From positions 16,690,464 through 16,754,463 of the forward strand of contig NC_043011.1 of the NCBI RefSeq assembly GCF_006345805.1: DNA of 64,000 bases. Direction: 5' to 3'. A model generated the notes under the pieces. That model worked only from the letters and a program-made list of their open reading frames with translations, had not been told where the DNA came from and ran no database searches. The stretch is from Octopus sinensis (Eukaryota). Below are positions 1-12,826 of this stretch, in pieces (positions within the stretch are counted from its first letter, which is position 1; each line of letters opens with the position of its first letter). The position numbers were made by a program, and so were the translations under genes.

Positions 1-161
1 CACACACACACACACACATATATATATAAATATATATGCGTGTGTGTGTGTGTGGTATGTGCGTGTACAGATGTGTACAAATGCACATACACGCACACGC
101 ACATATACATATATTTCTCTGTGTGTGTATGTGTATGTCTGCCTCTATATATGTATGTATG

Positions 162-2280
162 TTATTATTCAGTTTATTTCAAGATTACTTGCCAATAAAG
201 ATATGATTTTTAACCTAGATTCAAGGCCCCTTCATTGGAATTTGAACATCACAAACGGCATTTTTGTCTGTCTGTCTGTCTTTCTGTATGTATATATGTA
301 TATTCGTATGCATGCATATGTGCAGAATTGTATGTTTTGTTTTATGTATATATTCTCATGTATATAGTTGCCTATCTAGAGATGTTCATATGTATTTGAA
401 TGATAAACTTCTGGAGAGTTTTACAGATTTTTGCAGTTCAACTGATGGCTTAGGTCTGCTGTCTTCGAATTATCTTCATTCTTTCTGGTTTTGAGAAGCC
501 TAATTTCTCAAGATTGGCATTTAGGCAGTATGTTACATATCTCAGGGCCCCAATAGTTACAGTTATAAACCTGAACTTGTAATCTGGATAGGGTAACTGC
601 AGAATGCTCAAAAATTCAGCATAGGCATTCTCTTTTTCATTGCTCATCCGCTTTATGTTAACATCCGCTGGGCAGCTAATTTCAACAACTGTCCTCAGCT
701 TCTCTTCTGTATCCCAAATCATTATATCAGGTCTGTTGTGTTTACATTTTACTGGGGTTTTCACGGGGACATACCACCAGTACTCCTTTTTATTATGAGT
801 GGCTACGGCTTCTACCCTGCTGTGGGTCCTTATTTATTTGTCATGGGGTTATCCTTCAGACAGATTACATTATAGAGTGTCCTAGCAACAATATCCTGTC
901 TCATCGGTTGATATAACCTTGCGGATACTTTCACACAACTGCTTATGTTATGATGTGGGTGATATCTTCGGTGTTAATTCCATAAAGTCTGCATCTGTTG
1001 TCACGTTTTACTGCTTTTCTTGCATCTCTATCCCTATTGAGCATCAGGTATTTGGTTGATATTTCTTGTTCCTGGATTACAAACGCATACCCTTCAAAGT
1101 GGGGGGTAGTAATCCGGCTATTGATCCATGATAGACTGCTTTGATGATCAATGTTACTATCATCTTGGAGCTTTATACTAACATATTCAGGTATAGTCTT
1201 TTGCTCATATATTGTTCTCTCGGTTATTCTCTCCTGATGCTGGAGCTTTTCACAGACAGCTTTTAGCTCCTGCTTGAGGGTAATCTCTTTGCAAGTGTGT
1301 GTCCTCTTGTTGTTGTCTGCAAACATCTTTTCTATCACCTTCTTATAGTGGGACGTACAGTGGTTTATTGTTTGGACGCAATAAGCATTATCACATAACA
1401 GATGGTCTTTCGTAAACCAGCTATCCTTTTCTCTGTCTTCAAATCCCATGATTGTACTTTCTTTTTTGTTTCGGTTTTGTTTCCTTTTTGAATGCCATTC
1501 ATGTACTGCTTTGTAGTAGTAGCCGGAGCATATAGACAGGCGTTAATCTGGCAGAATGTGAGTTCATCACACTGTTGCTAATATACTCCAATTTCTTTAA
1601 CAGCTTTTAATACCGTATCTGGTGGATTTTTTTTTTACTTAGTTTGGTAGAGAATAGTCTCTCTTCGAGAGAGTACTTCAAAACCAAAGTTATTTTTTCT
1701 CTGAAAATTTCAGTAAGGGCACATTTCACCGTTATATAATTCTGACTATCATTACAAGGCGGCGAGCTGGCAGAAACTTTAGCACCTCGGGCAAAATGCT
1801 TAGCAGTATTTCGTCTGCAGCTACGTTCTGAGTTCAAATTCCACCAAGGTCGACTTTGCCTTTCATCATTCCGGGGTCGATAAATAAAGTACCAGTTACG
1901 CACTGGGGTCGATGTAATCGACCTAATCCCTTTGTCTCTCCTTGTTTGTCCCCTCTATGTTTAGCCCCCTGTGGGCAATAAAGAAATATATAATTCTGAC
2001 TACCATTACAGCTACAATAATCGTTGCGGATTCTGCGTGTTATTTACCATAGTCGTAGTGGGGAGACAGTTGTCAGTAACTTGAACCAGTAAGTTCATTT
2101 GGCTTGCAGGCCCATAGAATCTGCCAAACCACGTGGTGGTCTTACATCATTCATGTTTTCGTTTTTGCTTTATAGATTTGGGAAGAAAGTTAATTTTCGA
2201 TTTTTGTTAGATACTAGCCTTCTTCATATGTTCTACAAATGTTGCTTGTTGGGGTAGTTGCAGTAAAATGATTTACCAAT
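162..2280 (-). mobile_element. R4/Dong-like (REL-endonuclease) non-LTR retrotransposon, decayed, RT region internally deleted
   Basis: ORF 450-764: KCKHNRPDIMIWD..VVEISCPAD..YPDYKFRFI..IGAL (REL). ORF 943-1449: FEGYAFVIQEQEISTKYL..RCRLYG..EDITHII (pre-CCHC/CCHC). N-terminal part is homologous to 15530-16340 and the 3-prime UTR to 29435-29840. Interrupted by a SINE at 1757-1986. Confidence 0.85.
1757..1986 (+). mobile_element. tRNA-derived SINE family A (head GGCGGCGAGCTGGCAGAA)
   Basis: B-box-like GAGTTCAAATTCC and tail GGGCAATAAAGAAA. About 24-bp TSD TATATAATTCTGACTA(T/C)CATTACA at 1733-1756 and 1987-2010. Many copies in the window. Confidence 0.9.
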
Positions 2281-2289
2281 AAAGTGGAT

Positions 2290-2965
2290 GCGGTAGAAAG
2301 TCTTAACCGAACTTTTGGATGGTAGTCTTCGGGACATTAATGCCGGTTGAGCGCTGTCATATTGAAGAAATACGCCGTTTCACTGGTATCTTTGTTTCAG
2401 TTGCATTGACTCGTTAAACAGTGCATTTCCTAAGCGTGAAGCTCTGCATTGGCCGTATTGTGGTTTTCTAGTATTATGTTGTAGATTAGCTGTTTCCATT
2501 ACCACCAAACACCGATCATTGTCTCGAATAGTTGCAGCTCGGCTCTGCCTCGAGATGTTTCTTGTTTGTCAGAACATTGCTATCCTTTCTTTTATTTCAT
2601 ATTGATGTAAGGACACCGTGTAAAATTGCCGGTGACGCTACACTGAAGATATCTTTGTTACTACGTATACTCTGGTGTCGAGCGAACAAATCGGCAGCGA
2701 TAGAGGAGCTTATGACATCCGATTGTGTAAAGTTAATGGGCGATGGTATCATGAGAGCATCCTATTTGTTGGGCCAACTCCCTAGTCGGTTGGCACGGAT
2801 TATCACGATGATCTCATTCAATTGATTTTCATTGAACTGAACAGGTCACCTGGAACACAGAAAGTCTGTGAAATTGAATCCACCTCCTTTGAAGCATGGA
2901 AACTATTACTGTCCATCATGTTCATTTATACTGGTTTCTCCGTAAGCAGCTCAACCATTTCGCGC
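2290..2965 (-). pseudogene. mariner transposase fragment (HTH and first catalytic region), decayed
   Basis: Minus-strand translation across frameshifts gives PVQFNENQLNEII.DNPCQPTRELAQQIGCSHDTIAH, then VTG..W.LYINMK and MIGVWW-like mariner motifs. Confidence 0.7.
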
Positions 2966-3559
2966 GGTTCTCGTAGCTTTGGAAACTTGACTGAAAGCAA
3001 AGAGAATCCGGAGTCGAGAATGAACGCTTTTTTTTTTTACTTGGAACTCTGTAGACATATGTCTAGAAAGAGATAAAATTTATTAAAATTTCGAAAATGA
3101 TAAACTAAAATTTGGTGAGAAAATAGAGCAGCAAAAGCCATAAAACACTAGGAATTCATCTGACAATCTAATATATGCGTATGTATATGTGTAAGTTTCT
3201 ATCTGTGTATGTCTGAGTGCTCATGTGTGATTAGGAATTTCGCTTCATGATCAATGAGAGGAATACTGTAACTGTTCTTGGACAGTCCACTGCCTAATTA
3301 ACTATACAATTTAACCATATTGGCTTCTTCCTGGAATGCGTTTAACAGACTACTCAGTGTTGCAAATACTCAGAACAGATCTCCGGTCTGGAAAGAAATA
3401 GATGTCCTGGTGTGTTGCTTCTTAATACATATGCATATATTAAGGCGCCGACTGGCAGAATCGTTAGCACCCCGGATTAAATGCTTAATGGCCGTCTTAT
3501 AGTAAGTAATGATCCAGAATGGTATCACACATCATCTCCAAAGTAAAAGAGCCAAACAT

Positions 3560-3965
3560 TGACAGAGAAACTCCTGTATCATTCGCATTCATTTTCTATG
3601 CTATGAACATCGAGCGGTGGTGCGAACGCCTCAAAAGTTTTAAAGAAACTTTTAGGGGAAAAAGACCGAACGTGTAACTCCTATGTACCATAGACATTGA
3701 CTCTGAAAACTATCCCCATTCACCATGACAATGCACTACCACACATATCTCAGGTACGAAGTAGGACAATCGGCAAATTAGCATGAATAGTTATCCCACC
3801 TCCAATGTAAAGCTCCAGTCTGGCACCTTCTGACTTCCATCAGTTCGGTCCATTTCCCAGTACAGACGAGGTGAAAGCGGCTGTGAAAAAGTGAGAACAG
3901 TAGTGTACACCTGATTTTTTCCCGTGAGTTGGCGCAAAAGCATCACAGGTAAAGGAGACGATGTT
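3560..3965 (+). pseudogene. mariner transposase C-terminal fragment, decayed
   Basis: HHDNALPH...IPPP..SSLAPSDFH...FPSTDEVKAAV resembles HDNARPH / YSPDLAPSDFH. Confidence 0.75.
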
Positions 3966-4029
3966 GGGTAGTAGCTTCGTAAAGAGGAAGAGTCACTCCA
4001 CCAAATTACGGAACTTGAAACAGCTCTTT

Positions 4030-4338
4030 TACTCTTTTTTACTCTTTTACTTGTTTCAGTCATTTGACTGCGGCCATGCTGGAGCACCGCCTTTAGACGT
4101 AAACACACCAGCATTGGTTGTCAAGCAATGCTAGGGGGACAAACACAGACACACGCATATATATACATATATACGACAGGCTTCTTTCAGTTTCTGTCTA
4201 CCAAATCCACTCACAAGGTTTTGGTCGGCCCGTGGCTATAGTAAAAGACACTTGCCCAAGGTGCCACGCAGTGGGACTGAATCCGGAACCATGTGGTTGG
4301 TAAGCAAGCTACTTACCACACAGCCACTCCTGCGCCTA
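4030..4338 (-). mobile_element. tRNA-derived SINE family B (head TAGGCGCAGGAGTGGCTGTGTGG), internally shortened
   Basis: Near-identical to the full copy at 51244-51660, with (GTAAAAGA)n tail. Confidence 0.9.
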
Positions 4339-5529
4339 TCATTTAATAATACCCACGTTTGTATTACTATCGTTTGAACCCTCGGATATGCACGTAAGTA
4401 TCTCAAATATTAACTGTTTTAATATGGTTTGTTTATGTTTGTTGTTGTTTGGTTTGAAGTATAACGTTATTCACTTATAACGAATATACCTAAATTTATG
4501 AGAATGTGTAAATTTACTTACAGAGTGAAAACCATGGCAATGTCTAAGTCTGTAACGGAATACTATGCAATCAATTTTCCCAAAGATTTCACAGTGATCC
4601 AATTAGGAAATAATCATTATACTGGAAACAAAACTAATCGAAATGGAAAGAAATATATACAGTCTGAAATCCTATTTAGCAGAGACCTTAGCGAGAGAGA
4701 ATAAAAAAAATACAAATTATAATTGCTATATTGTTATATATCTTATTTGCAAAATGAAAATATCCAACGGAGATAAAGTAAGGTAGAGATGTAAATGCAA
4801 TGAACAAAACATACGTAGGAAGTAATTTAAAATACAAAATGTTCTGTTTTTCTTTTTCGAGACAGAAACAAAAAAAAATTGTTAAATAAATGAAAAGGCA
4901 GCATTTTTAATGAAACTGAAAATTTTGTAAGGAAAGCTGCAACTTGCGTAGAATCTATAAAATATTAAACATGCAAAATATGAAATAGAATATCTGCCTT
5001 AAATTATAGGTTACATTTGAACCTAGAAGTAACAGAATTGTTTCAAAATAGGGATCAAAGTTGTTTATGATGTTATTGTGTGATTTGAGATTTTTAAGAC
5101 AAGGCTAAATATTCAACGAATTCGGGGACAGAAAACAAGGTATTCAATTCTGCCATAAATATTTTGATACACCTCATGCATATGAAACCGAACTGTAAAA
5201 ATTGTGTGTACGTATATGTGTGTGTTTGTGTGTATAGAGCGTGTATATATATGTGTGTGTGTGTGTGTGTGTGCGTGTCTGCGTACGCGTGTGAGTATAT
5301 GCAGTTACGTAGGCGATCCTGCCCAGTTTATTCGTTGTTATAACTGTTTTACCCGATAGATATGAAACTATTTTTTATAAGTTCCTTTCGCATAAGAAGC
5401 CTTCTAAAACAAAGATTTTATTTTCAAATTTCTGAAAGAACTAAAGTGTGTGTTTGCGTAATTCTTAGTGTGTGTGTACAGTGTGTTGCATGTTTGTATA
5501 TGCATGGAGCATATATATATGTGGGCTAA

Positions 5530-5575
<46 letters not shown>

Positions 5576-6098
5576 TCTGTTTGTGTATTTTATCTTTCGT
5601 TTGTTTCAAACATTTGATTGTGGGAATGATGGGAAAACGACTTGAGGAATTTTAATCGAGCGAATTAACAACAATACCTCTTTTTTTTAAGGCTGGAACT
5701 AATTTTATCGCTTTCTTTTCCCCAGCTACCAGTTTACGGAGACATAAACACACCAACACCGGGTACCAAGCGGTCTCAGGCGACAGATACAGACACAAAA
5801 CACACGCACTCACACACACTCACACACGCATATATACATACATACATACATATATACATACATACACAAACACATGTATATTTTAAGCGTTCTTATAAAC
5901 TTGTCCTGCTTTGGGTCTGTTTTCTTCTCCCTTTAATTTAAAAGCGATGACTCAACATCTGCTACGGATCCCCAGCTCCATCCTCCGGTATCAACTTGGA
6001 TGCTAACAGATTACCATTTACACCACTTGGTAACTATGGGGGCTAAGAAAAAATAGAAACCGCATTCCAATATATGCACCCGTCTCCACATGTGTGCC

Positions 6099-6198
6099 NN
6101 NNNNNNNNNNNNNNNNNNNNNNNNNNNNNNNNNNNNNNNNNNNNNNNNNNNNNNNNNNNNNNNNNNNNNNNNNNNNNNNNNNNNNNNNNNNNNNNNNN
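6099..6198. other. assembly gap (100 N)
   Basis: Run of N. Confidence 1.
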
Positions 6199-6224
6199 AT
6201 AATATATAATATATATATATATAT

Positions 6225-6345
6225 ATCACCTTGATCACCTTGATCCCTTGACCGACCAGTCCGTGTTGGGCGTCCATTTGACACCGCTGGTCACAGCACG
6301 TGTCCACTCCTCTCTGAATCGCGCCTTTCTCATCCAGGTGATCCC
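6225..6345 (-). mobile_element. short 3-prime retroelement fragment (related to SINE tail Y) inside a (TA)n array
   Basis: Minus strand TGTGACCAGCGGTGTCAAATGG..CTGGTCGGTCAAGGGATCAAGGTGATCAAGGTGAT resembles tail Y (TGTGACCAGCGATGTG..CTGGTCGGTCACGGTGAT). TA repeats on both sides. Confidence 0.6.
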
Positions 6346-6367
6346 ATATATATATATATATTATATA

Positions 6368-6398
<31 letters not shown>

Positions 6399-6759
6399 CA
6401 TATATATATAATTCAAAGGAATTCAAACCACTCCGGGTGTTTCTAGTTTCATTTATATTCTTTATAATATCAATGTAGAATATAGAATATATAGTATAAA
6501 TAGTACATATAGTAAATGAAATAAAGTATTGATTGTCTTATTGAATATATTAAATTAAGGGACTAGTATACTTTCTTGCATTTAAGCAGTCTTCAAAGTC
6601 CGAGGTTGTGACAGGAATGTTTCAAGAGTATATATGTATATATATTTGTATATATGTATGTATCTATGTCTGTGTATATATATAATATGTGTGTGTGTGT
6701 GTGTACGTGTCTGTGTGTATAATGTTATATGCATGCATGAAGTATATATTATACAACGC

Positions 6760-6905
6760 TTTTCTGTAAGTATCCCTTTATCAAATTAATTCACAAGGCA
6801 TTGGTCTGTCGATGGCGAGACTATACTAGAAGGCACATGCCCAAGTTTCCATGCACTGGGGCTACATTCAGAACCATGTGGTTGAGAAGCAGGCTTCTTA
6901 CAATA
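6760..6905 (-). mobile_element. SINE family B remnant, diverged
   Basis: Degenerate CACAAGGCATTGGTC..CCCAAG..GAACCATGTGGTTG. Confidence 0.7.
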
Positions 6906-7067
6906 TATCCACAATAAATACGTGCAATATGTACAGTTATAAGCATATGTTCATCCCTAGATATACACATGCACAGATATGCATGTAGTTTGTTCATATC
7001 GAGTGTTTTGAATATGAATGCTCACGTTATTTTTATGATTTCCAACTCAATATCAATACTGTATAAT

Positions 7068-7328
7068 ATAAATAAATAAATGCGCCCTTTTAAAGCCTAA
7101 CCAGACTCATGGGCCCGGTTTCCCGGTTTCAACGGCGTATGTGTTCCCCAACTGGGCGGGACGCCAGTCCATCGCAGCGTTACTCATTTTTGCCAGCTGA
7201 GTGGATTCGAGCAACGTGAAATGAAATGTTTTGCTCAAGTACACAACGCGTCGCCCAGTCCAGGAATCGAAACCACAATCTTACGATCATGATGCTGACA
7301 CCCTAACCACTAAACCACGCACCTCCAC
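7068..7328 (-). mobile_element. tRNA-derived SINE family D with tail Z
   Basis: Head GTGGAGGTGCGTGGTTTAGTGGTTAGGG..GGTTTCGATTCC and tail GGGCCCATGAG..TTTAAAAGGGCGCA(TTTA)n. Second copy at 41669-41929. Confidence 0.85.
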
Positions 7329-7483
7329 ATCAATACTGTATACCAAAATATATATCTATCTATAAATACATACATACACGTTCATACATATATATATATA
7401 TACCTACCTACCTACATACATACACACATGCATGCATGCATACACACAACCATGCATAAATACATACATACATACAAAAATAC

Positions 7484-7572
7484 CTTGTTCTTGATATTCC
7501 AGTTAAAGAGCCTTGGATCTAGGTTAGAAACTGGCTCTCTCTATTGACAAGACATCTTGAACTGAACACTGA
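7484..7572 (+). mobile_element. extreme 3-prime end of the R4-like LINE, between (CATA)n arrays
   Basis: ATTCCAGTTAAAGAGCCTTGGATCTAGGTTAGAAAC..CTATTGACAAGACATCTTGAA matches 29750-29830 and the reverse complement of 165-250. Confidence 0.75.
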
Positions 7573-8264
7573 CATACATACATACATACACACATACATA
7601 CATGCACATACACATACATACACGCATGCATGCATACATACATACATACATACATACATACATACATACATACATACATACATACAGAGAAAACGACAAA
7701 TATAGTAGCTTTTTAATATTTTTTCAGAAAACGATATATCCTCGTATTGCAAGCACTTATTTCTTGTACTTCACTTATTTTTGTTGACCCTGTGTGCATT
7801 TCGTGATGTAGAACCAGGAAAATTTATTCCCACTCCTCAAAACCACGTATTTAGATATGTGCTTATATCCTAGCAAAGACTTGTTTCATTGTTATATAGT
7901 TGACGGGAAATATTGATAAAACTCATCCAACTTTACAACATGAACTTTTGTGTGAACGAAGGATGATTTTTATCAAGTTGTTCTTGTGGAGATTATATAT
8001 TCAGAGTTATATTGTGTCTTTTAACTTCTGCTCAAAATCACACAACAATTCATAGCTATCATTCGATTTAATATAATATATTCATTCAATATTTTGGATC
8101 CGAATATGTAGAATAAACGTGGATAGATATTTACATATTCAATTCCGATTGATCAGAGCTAGTGAGTTTGAATTCTAGATTATCAAAGTTGTGGATGAGT
8201 GTATGTGGGGATTTGTAAACACACGTACGTACAGACATATATACATACATATATATACACACAC

Positions 8265-8304
<40 letters not shown>

Positions 8305-8819
8305 ACAGAGAGAGAGAAAGAAAGATAAGGAAATATATATATATGCATACATACATTCATACATATAGAGATGTGTACACATATACACACACACATTTAA
8401 GTACATATATGTGCATGTATGTTCATACATATACATGCATATATATTTGTATGCATGTGTGTATGTGTGTGTGTCTGTGTGTCTGTGTGTCTGTGTGTCA
8501 GTGTGTGCGTGTGTCATTGCCAGTGGCATTCCACAGAATAGAGTTATAATGCATAGTGTCCTTATAAGGAGTGTTCTTAGAACGCTGGATGTTTCGCAAA
8601 TATTTTACTCCAATATTTCTACTTGAGAGGTATTGCCAGGACTTTTAGAAGATCAAAGTTGTAAGCGATATTCAAAACTATTCAAAACAAAGGATTTCCA
8701 GAATAACGCACTTGCTGTCGCGATTTCATAGTAACTACTATTCTCAGTACGCTCTTACAGACCTTTCAACAGGTTATTGTCAGCGAGGGATTATACATAA
8801 CGAAATAGGAATAAATTGT

Positions 8820-8976
8820 TAGCTGTGTGGTAAGAAGCTTTCTTCCCAACCACATGGTTCCGAGTTCAGTCCCACTGCGTGGCACCTTAGCCAAATGTCT
8901 TTTACTATGGCCTCGGATAGACGAAAGCCTTGTGAGCGGATTTGGTAGACGGAAACTGCAAGAAACCCATCGTATG

Positions 8977-9026
<50 letters not shown>

Positions 9027-9408
9027 GAGAATTCACGAAAGAAACAAAAGACGAAGACAGGTGGTGTAGAAAACAAACAGATGTATTAGTATAACGCTCG
9101 GGAATTGAAAAAGGCTTTAACGTTTCGAGCCTACGCTCTTCCACAGGAAGGAACACAGAAAGAAACAAGGAGAAAAAAATATGTGGTAGACGGAAACTGC
9201 AAGAAACCCATCGTATGTGTGTGTATATATATAGGGGATAATTCACGAAAGAAACAAAAGACGAAGACAGGTGGTGTAGAAAACAAACAGATGTATTAGT
9301 ATAACGCTCGGGAATTGAAAAAGGCTTTAACGTTTCGAGCCTACGCTCTTCCACAGGAAGGAACACAGAAAGAAACAAGGAGAAAAAAATATGTGTGTGT
9401 ATATATAT

Positions 9409-9439
<31 letters not shown>

Positions 9440-9660
9440 TATATATATGCGTGTATACATATACATATACTTGTGTGTCTCTGTGATTGTGCCCCATCCC
9501 CCACCATCAATTATATATTTCGGCAAAAGACACCGATAGAATTAGTACTAGGCTTACGAATAATAATGTCCTGGTGTCGATTTCTTCGACTAAGACCCTT
9601 CAAGATAGTGTTCCAGCATGCGTGCAGTCAAGTGACTGAAACAAGTAAAAGAATAAAATA
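8820..9660 (+). mobile_element. SINE family B (head 8820-8975, tail about 9475-9660) split by a tandemly duplicated Penelope-pLTR-like insert
   Basis: Family B head and tail motifs are both present. Direct repeat of about 210-240 bp at 8945-9185 and 9186-9395. Confidence 0.75.
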
Positions 9661-9767
9661 ATAAATTGTTTTCCTATTTGGGACACGGTGGTACATGTGA
9701 TTAAGGTTCGTGGTTTCTTAACGGAACGCGTGCCTGCTTACTGCGCTTTAAGACATATTAGTTTCAG

Positions 9768-9823
9768 ATTCCCAATCGTGTGTCGCTTTTACGACCGCTA
9801 TTTGGAAATCGAAGTTTACTTTG
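9768..9823 (+). other. candidate short exon (possibly UTR)
   Basis: Acceptor TTAGTTTCAG and strong donor TTG/GTGAGT, in a relatively CpG-rich unique stretch. All three frames are open. Confidence 0.25.
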
Positions 9824-9861
9824 GTGAGTCTAAGGAGGGTCATACTGCCTTAATATGCAAC

Positions 9862-10185
9862 GTGAAGGCGTTGTTAGGTGGTTAAGGGCATTCGGTTCAC
9901 GATCGTAAGGTCATGAGTTCAATTCCCGGCGACGCGTTGTGTCCTTGAGCAAAACACTTTATTTCACGTTGCTCCAGTCCACTCAGCTGGCAAAACTGAG
10001 TGGTACTTGTATTTCAAAGGGCTAGCTTTATCACACTCTGTGTCACGCTGAATCTCCCAGAGAGCTACGTTAAGGGTATACATGTCTGTGGAGTGTTCAG
10101 CCACTTGCACGTTAATTTCATGAGCAAGCTGTTTCGTTGATCGTATCAGTTGGGACCCTCGTCGTAGAAGCTGACGGAGTGCTCC
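9862..10185 (+). mobile_element. SINE family D head with tail X
   Basis: Head ..GGTTAAGGGCATTCGGTTCACGATCGTAAGGTCATGAGTTCAATTCCCGG and tail CACGTTAATTTC..GTCGT..GACGGAGTG, shared with family C copies. Confidence 0.85.
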
Positions 10186-10632
10186 TTAGTATGTAACACA
10201 CTCACCGGTTCAACTTCCACTCATTCATGTTTTATATTTTTTCTGTTTCCTTCAAAAATTTTCGTTGCTTTTGCAACCTTGTCAACGAATGCTGACTTTC
10301 CATTATTGGAACTGCATTCATTTTGACTGGTTATGCTTATGTTTGTGCCAGTGTGCATGTGTACTTTTGTATGCATATATGTACGTATGTATATATGTGT
10401 GTATGCATATATGTATGCGTGTGTATACATATGTATGTATGTATTCTGCATATTTATGTGCTTGTGTGTGCACTGTTTGAGTGTGTTTATGTCTATGAGT
10501 TTGTGTGAATATGTGCGTGCGTCTATTATGTATGAGTGTTTATCTCCATGTGTGTCTTTGTCCGTATGCGTGTGTGTAGAGTGTGTAAAATATGTTTAGT
10601 GTCATCTACGCAGCTGCTAAGTGTTGCCAACA

Positions 10633-10870
10633 AGAGTGAGCTGAAAAGTTCATAGGCTGACGAAGATATCCTCAGAGAATGCGACCGAATGTCGTTTATT
10701 TTTTCAACAGAGTAACCTTTGCAGTTCACACACTCCTTCCGTTAGTGTCGCATTGTTTGATCCGATTGACGAAGGGGTTTTCATCCTGTTGATAAAAAAA
10801 GTTATCAACAGCAGATATGATGTCATCATCACTGCGATATTGATTCCCAGCCAAGTGTTTTTTGTTAAGT
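10633..10870 (-). mobile_element. mariner 3-prime end (transposase C-terminus and terminal region)
   Basis: Minus-strand KHLAGNQYRSDDDIISAVDNFF, followed by the terminal-like segment GAGCTGAAAAGTTCATAGGCTGAC. Confidence 0.7.
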
Positions 10871-10872
10871 GA

Positions 10873-11267
10873 CTAGCAGTATCGCCCGGCGTTGCTCGGT
10901 TTTTTTTTCGACCCTTTAGAATTAAAATTTTTGAAAAGTAAAACTCTTGCATTATGTAGCTTGTTATTCTCTTTAAGTGAACATTTTTCTGGTTGAAATA
11001 CACCGAAAAATGGCGACACAGCAGTCATAACATCGTAAAAAATAGGGATTTTCATAGAAAAAAAGCACCTTTTTGATGTAAATAATTTTTGGTGTTAACA
11101 TATTCCGATTTGAATTTTATATTCTACGGAATGAAGAGCGAGCCTTCTTCTATCATATTATAAATTTTGGTCAACTTGCACTGCAGGGTCTCGGAGGAGA
11201 TAGTGTTAGTTGAAGGCTACCAAACCTGCTATACACAGACAACTTCAGCTTTATATATATAGAGAGA
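10873..11267 (-). mobile_element. non-autonomous Helitron (Lep1-like architecture)
   Basis: On the minus strand: 5-prime TC, 3-prime CTAG, subterminal GC hairpin (plus CCCGGCGTTGCTCGG), inserted between A and T. Confidence 0.8.
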
Positions 11268-12173
11268 TTAGAGTAAAAAGCGGGAGGAAGAAAAGAGGGA
11301 GAGAGAAAAATAGGGACGAAGAAAGATGGGAGAGAAAAAAGAAGGAAAGATGCGTCCATGACGTGAGGTAGGGGGGATGTAATTATTACGCTTTCACGCG
11401 ATTAGTTGAAGAGAAAGAAGAGGGAGAGAGAAAAAGAGAATAAGGTGCAGAGTGAGACAGAAAGAGAGAGAAAGAAAAAGGAGAGAGAAGGAGGAGGACC
11501 GTAACATTTATTATGTGGTTTAGAAAGTTAGTTGAAGGTAGAGGAGGAAACTTAAAACTATAATTTTAGCAGTGGAGTGATGTTCTGGTGGTGAGGTTAA
11601 AGAAATGCACATAGAGAGAGGGGGGAGGGAGATTAAGGTGGTGGTGGTGGTGGTAATGGTTGGATAGCGAGAAGTGTATTTGTTTTAATTGAACTAAGAT
11701 TTTGTATCACCTATCACTTACAGCATGCGCATAAGTGCAATTCCGTGAAGTATTCACGCTTATTTACGTGGCAGATATATGCAATTTAACTAAAGCTTGT
11801 ATCATATGTACGGGATACATATATTTTTTTAATGGGAAAAATGGAAAAAATAAGAGTGAATATTTATTTTATAAGTGCTGTGTATTAAGTCTATTAAACT
11901 GTGCATAAAGTATATAAAGTGTGTATATAAAGTGCATTGAGTAATCATCGTATTCCAATTTATCTTTTTGAATAAAGGTTTCAGAAATAACCCTATAGGT
12001 TTACTATTAACTCTGTGAAATATTCACGGGTCCCGCTAGTGGTAATTATGATGAGTAATCTTATATAAGGCTATAGAATATGAACCCAGCGACTTAAAGA
12101 TGATGGGGATGCAGAAACGTACGTGCTGATCGACTTTTAAAGCGTATTAACTTTTATCTTCGTGTTTTATTAT

Positions 12174-12222
<49 letters not shown>

Positions 12223-12359
12223 TACATATATACATACATATAAGTATATACATATGTATATATAAAATGAGGGTGAAAAATTGGATATTAATTTGGTAAC
12301 ATCAATTTTAACACCGGTGGTCTAGCATAATAAAGAAACAGAGATTCAGTAAATAGTAT

Positions 12360-12770
12360 TACATACATAAATATAAGAGGGAATTTTACCACTATGCGGA
12401 AACCCTTATGCTAGAAGAAGAACCGCTATGGTCTCAACCACTAAGAATTGCTCTCCAGAATATTTAGCACACCAGAAACGTAAGCGAGCAAGACAAATGA
12501 AAAATAACAAAAATATAGATTAATCACAAACAATTGTTTCACTATCAATAAATTACGTAATTTTACTTACACAATTTATCTGTAGATAAATTGTAGTGAA
12601 ACAATTGTTTGTGATTAATCTATATTTTTGTTATTTTTCATTTGTCTTGCTCGCTTACGTTTCTGGTGTGCTAAATTTCCTGGAGAACAATTCTTAGTGG
12701 TTGAGACCATAGCGGATCTTCTAGCATATGGGTTTCCACATAGTGGTTAAAAGATTGCCACTTATATTTA

Positions 12771-12775
<5 letters not shown>
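12360..12775. repeat. fold-back element: about 183-bp inverted repeat arms with a 50-bp spacer
   Basis: Arms at about 12360-12543 and 12594-12775 are near-perfect reverse complements. The spacer holds the palindrome CAATTTATCT-GT-AGATAAATTG. Confidence 0.9.

Positions 12776-12826
<51 letters not shown>

Noticed and set aside
12380-12490. Possible hammerhead (CTAGAAGA ... GAAACGTA) in the fold-back arms
   Set aside because: The core is non-canonical and no closing stem II can be formed.
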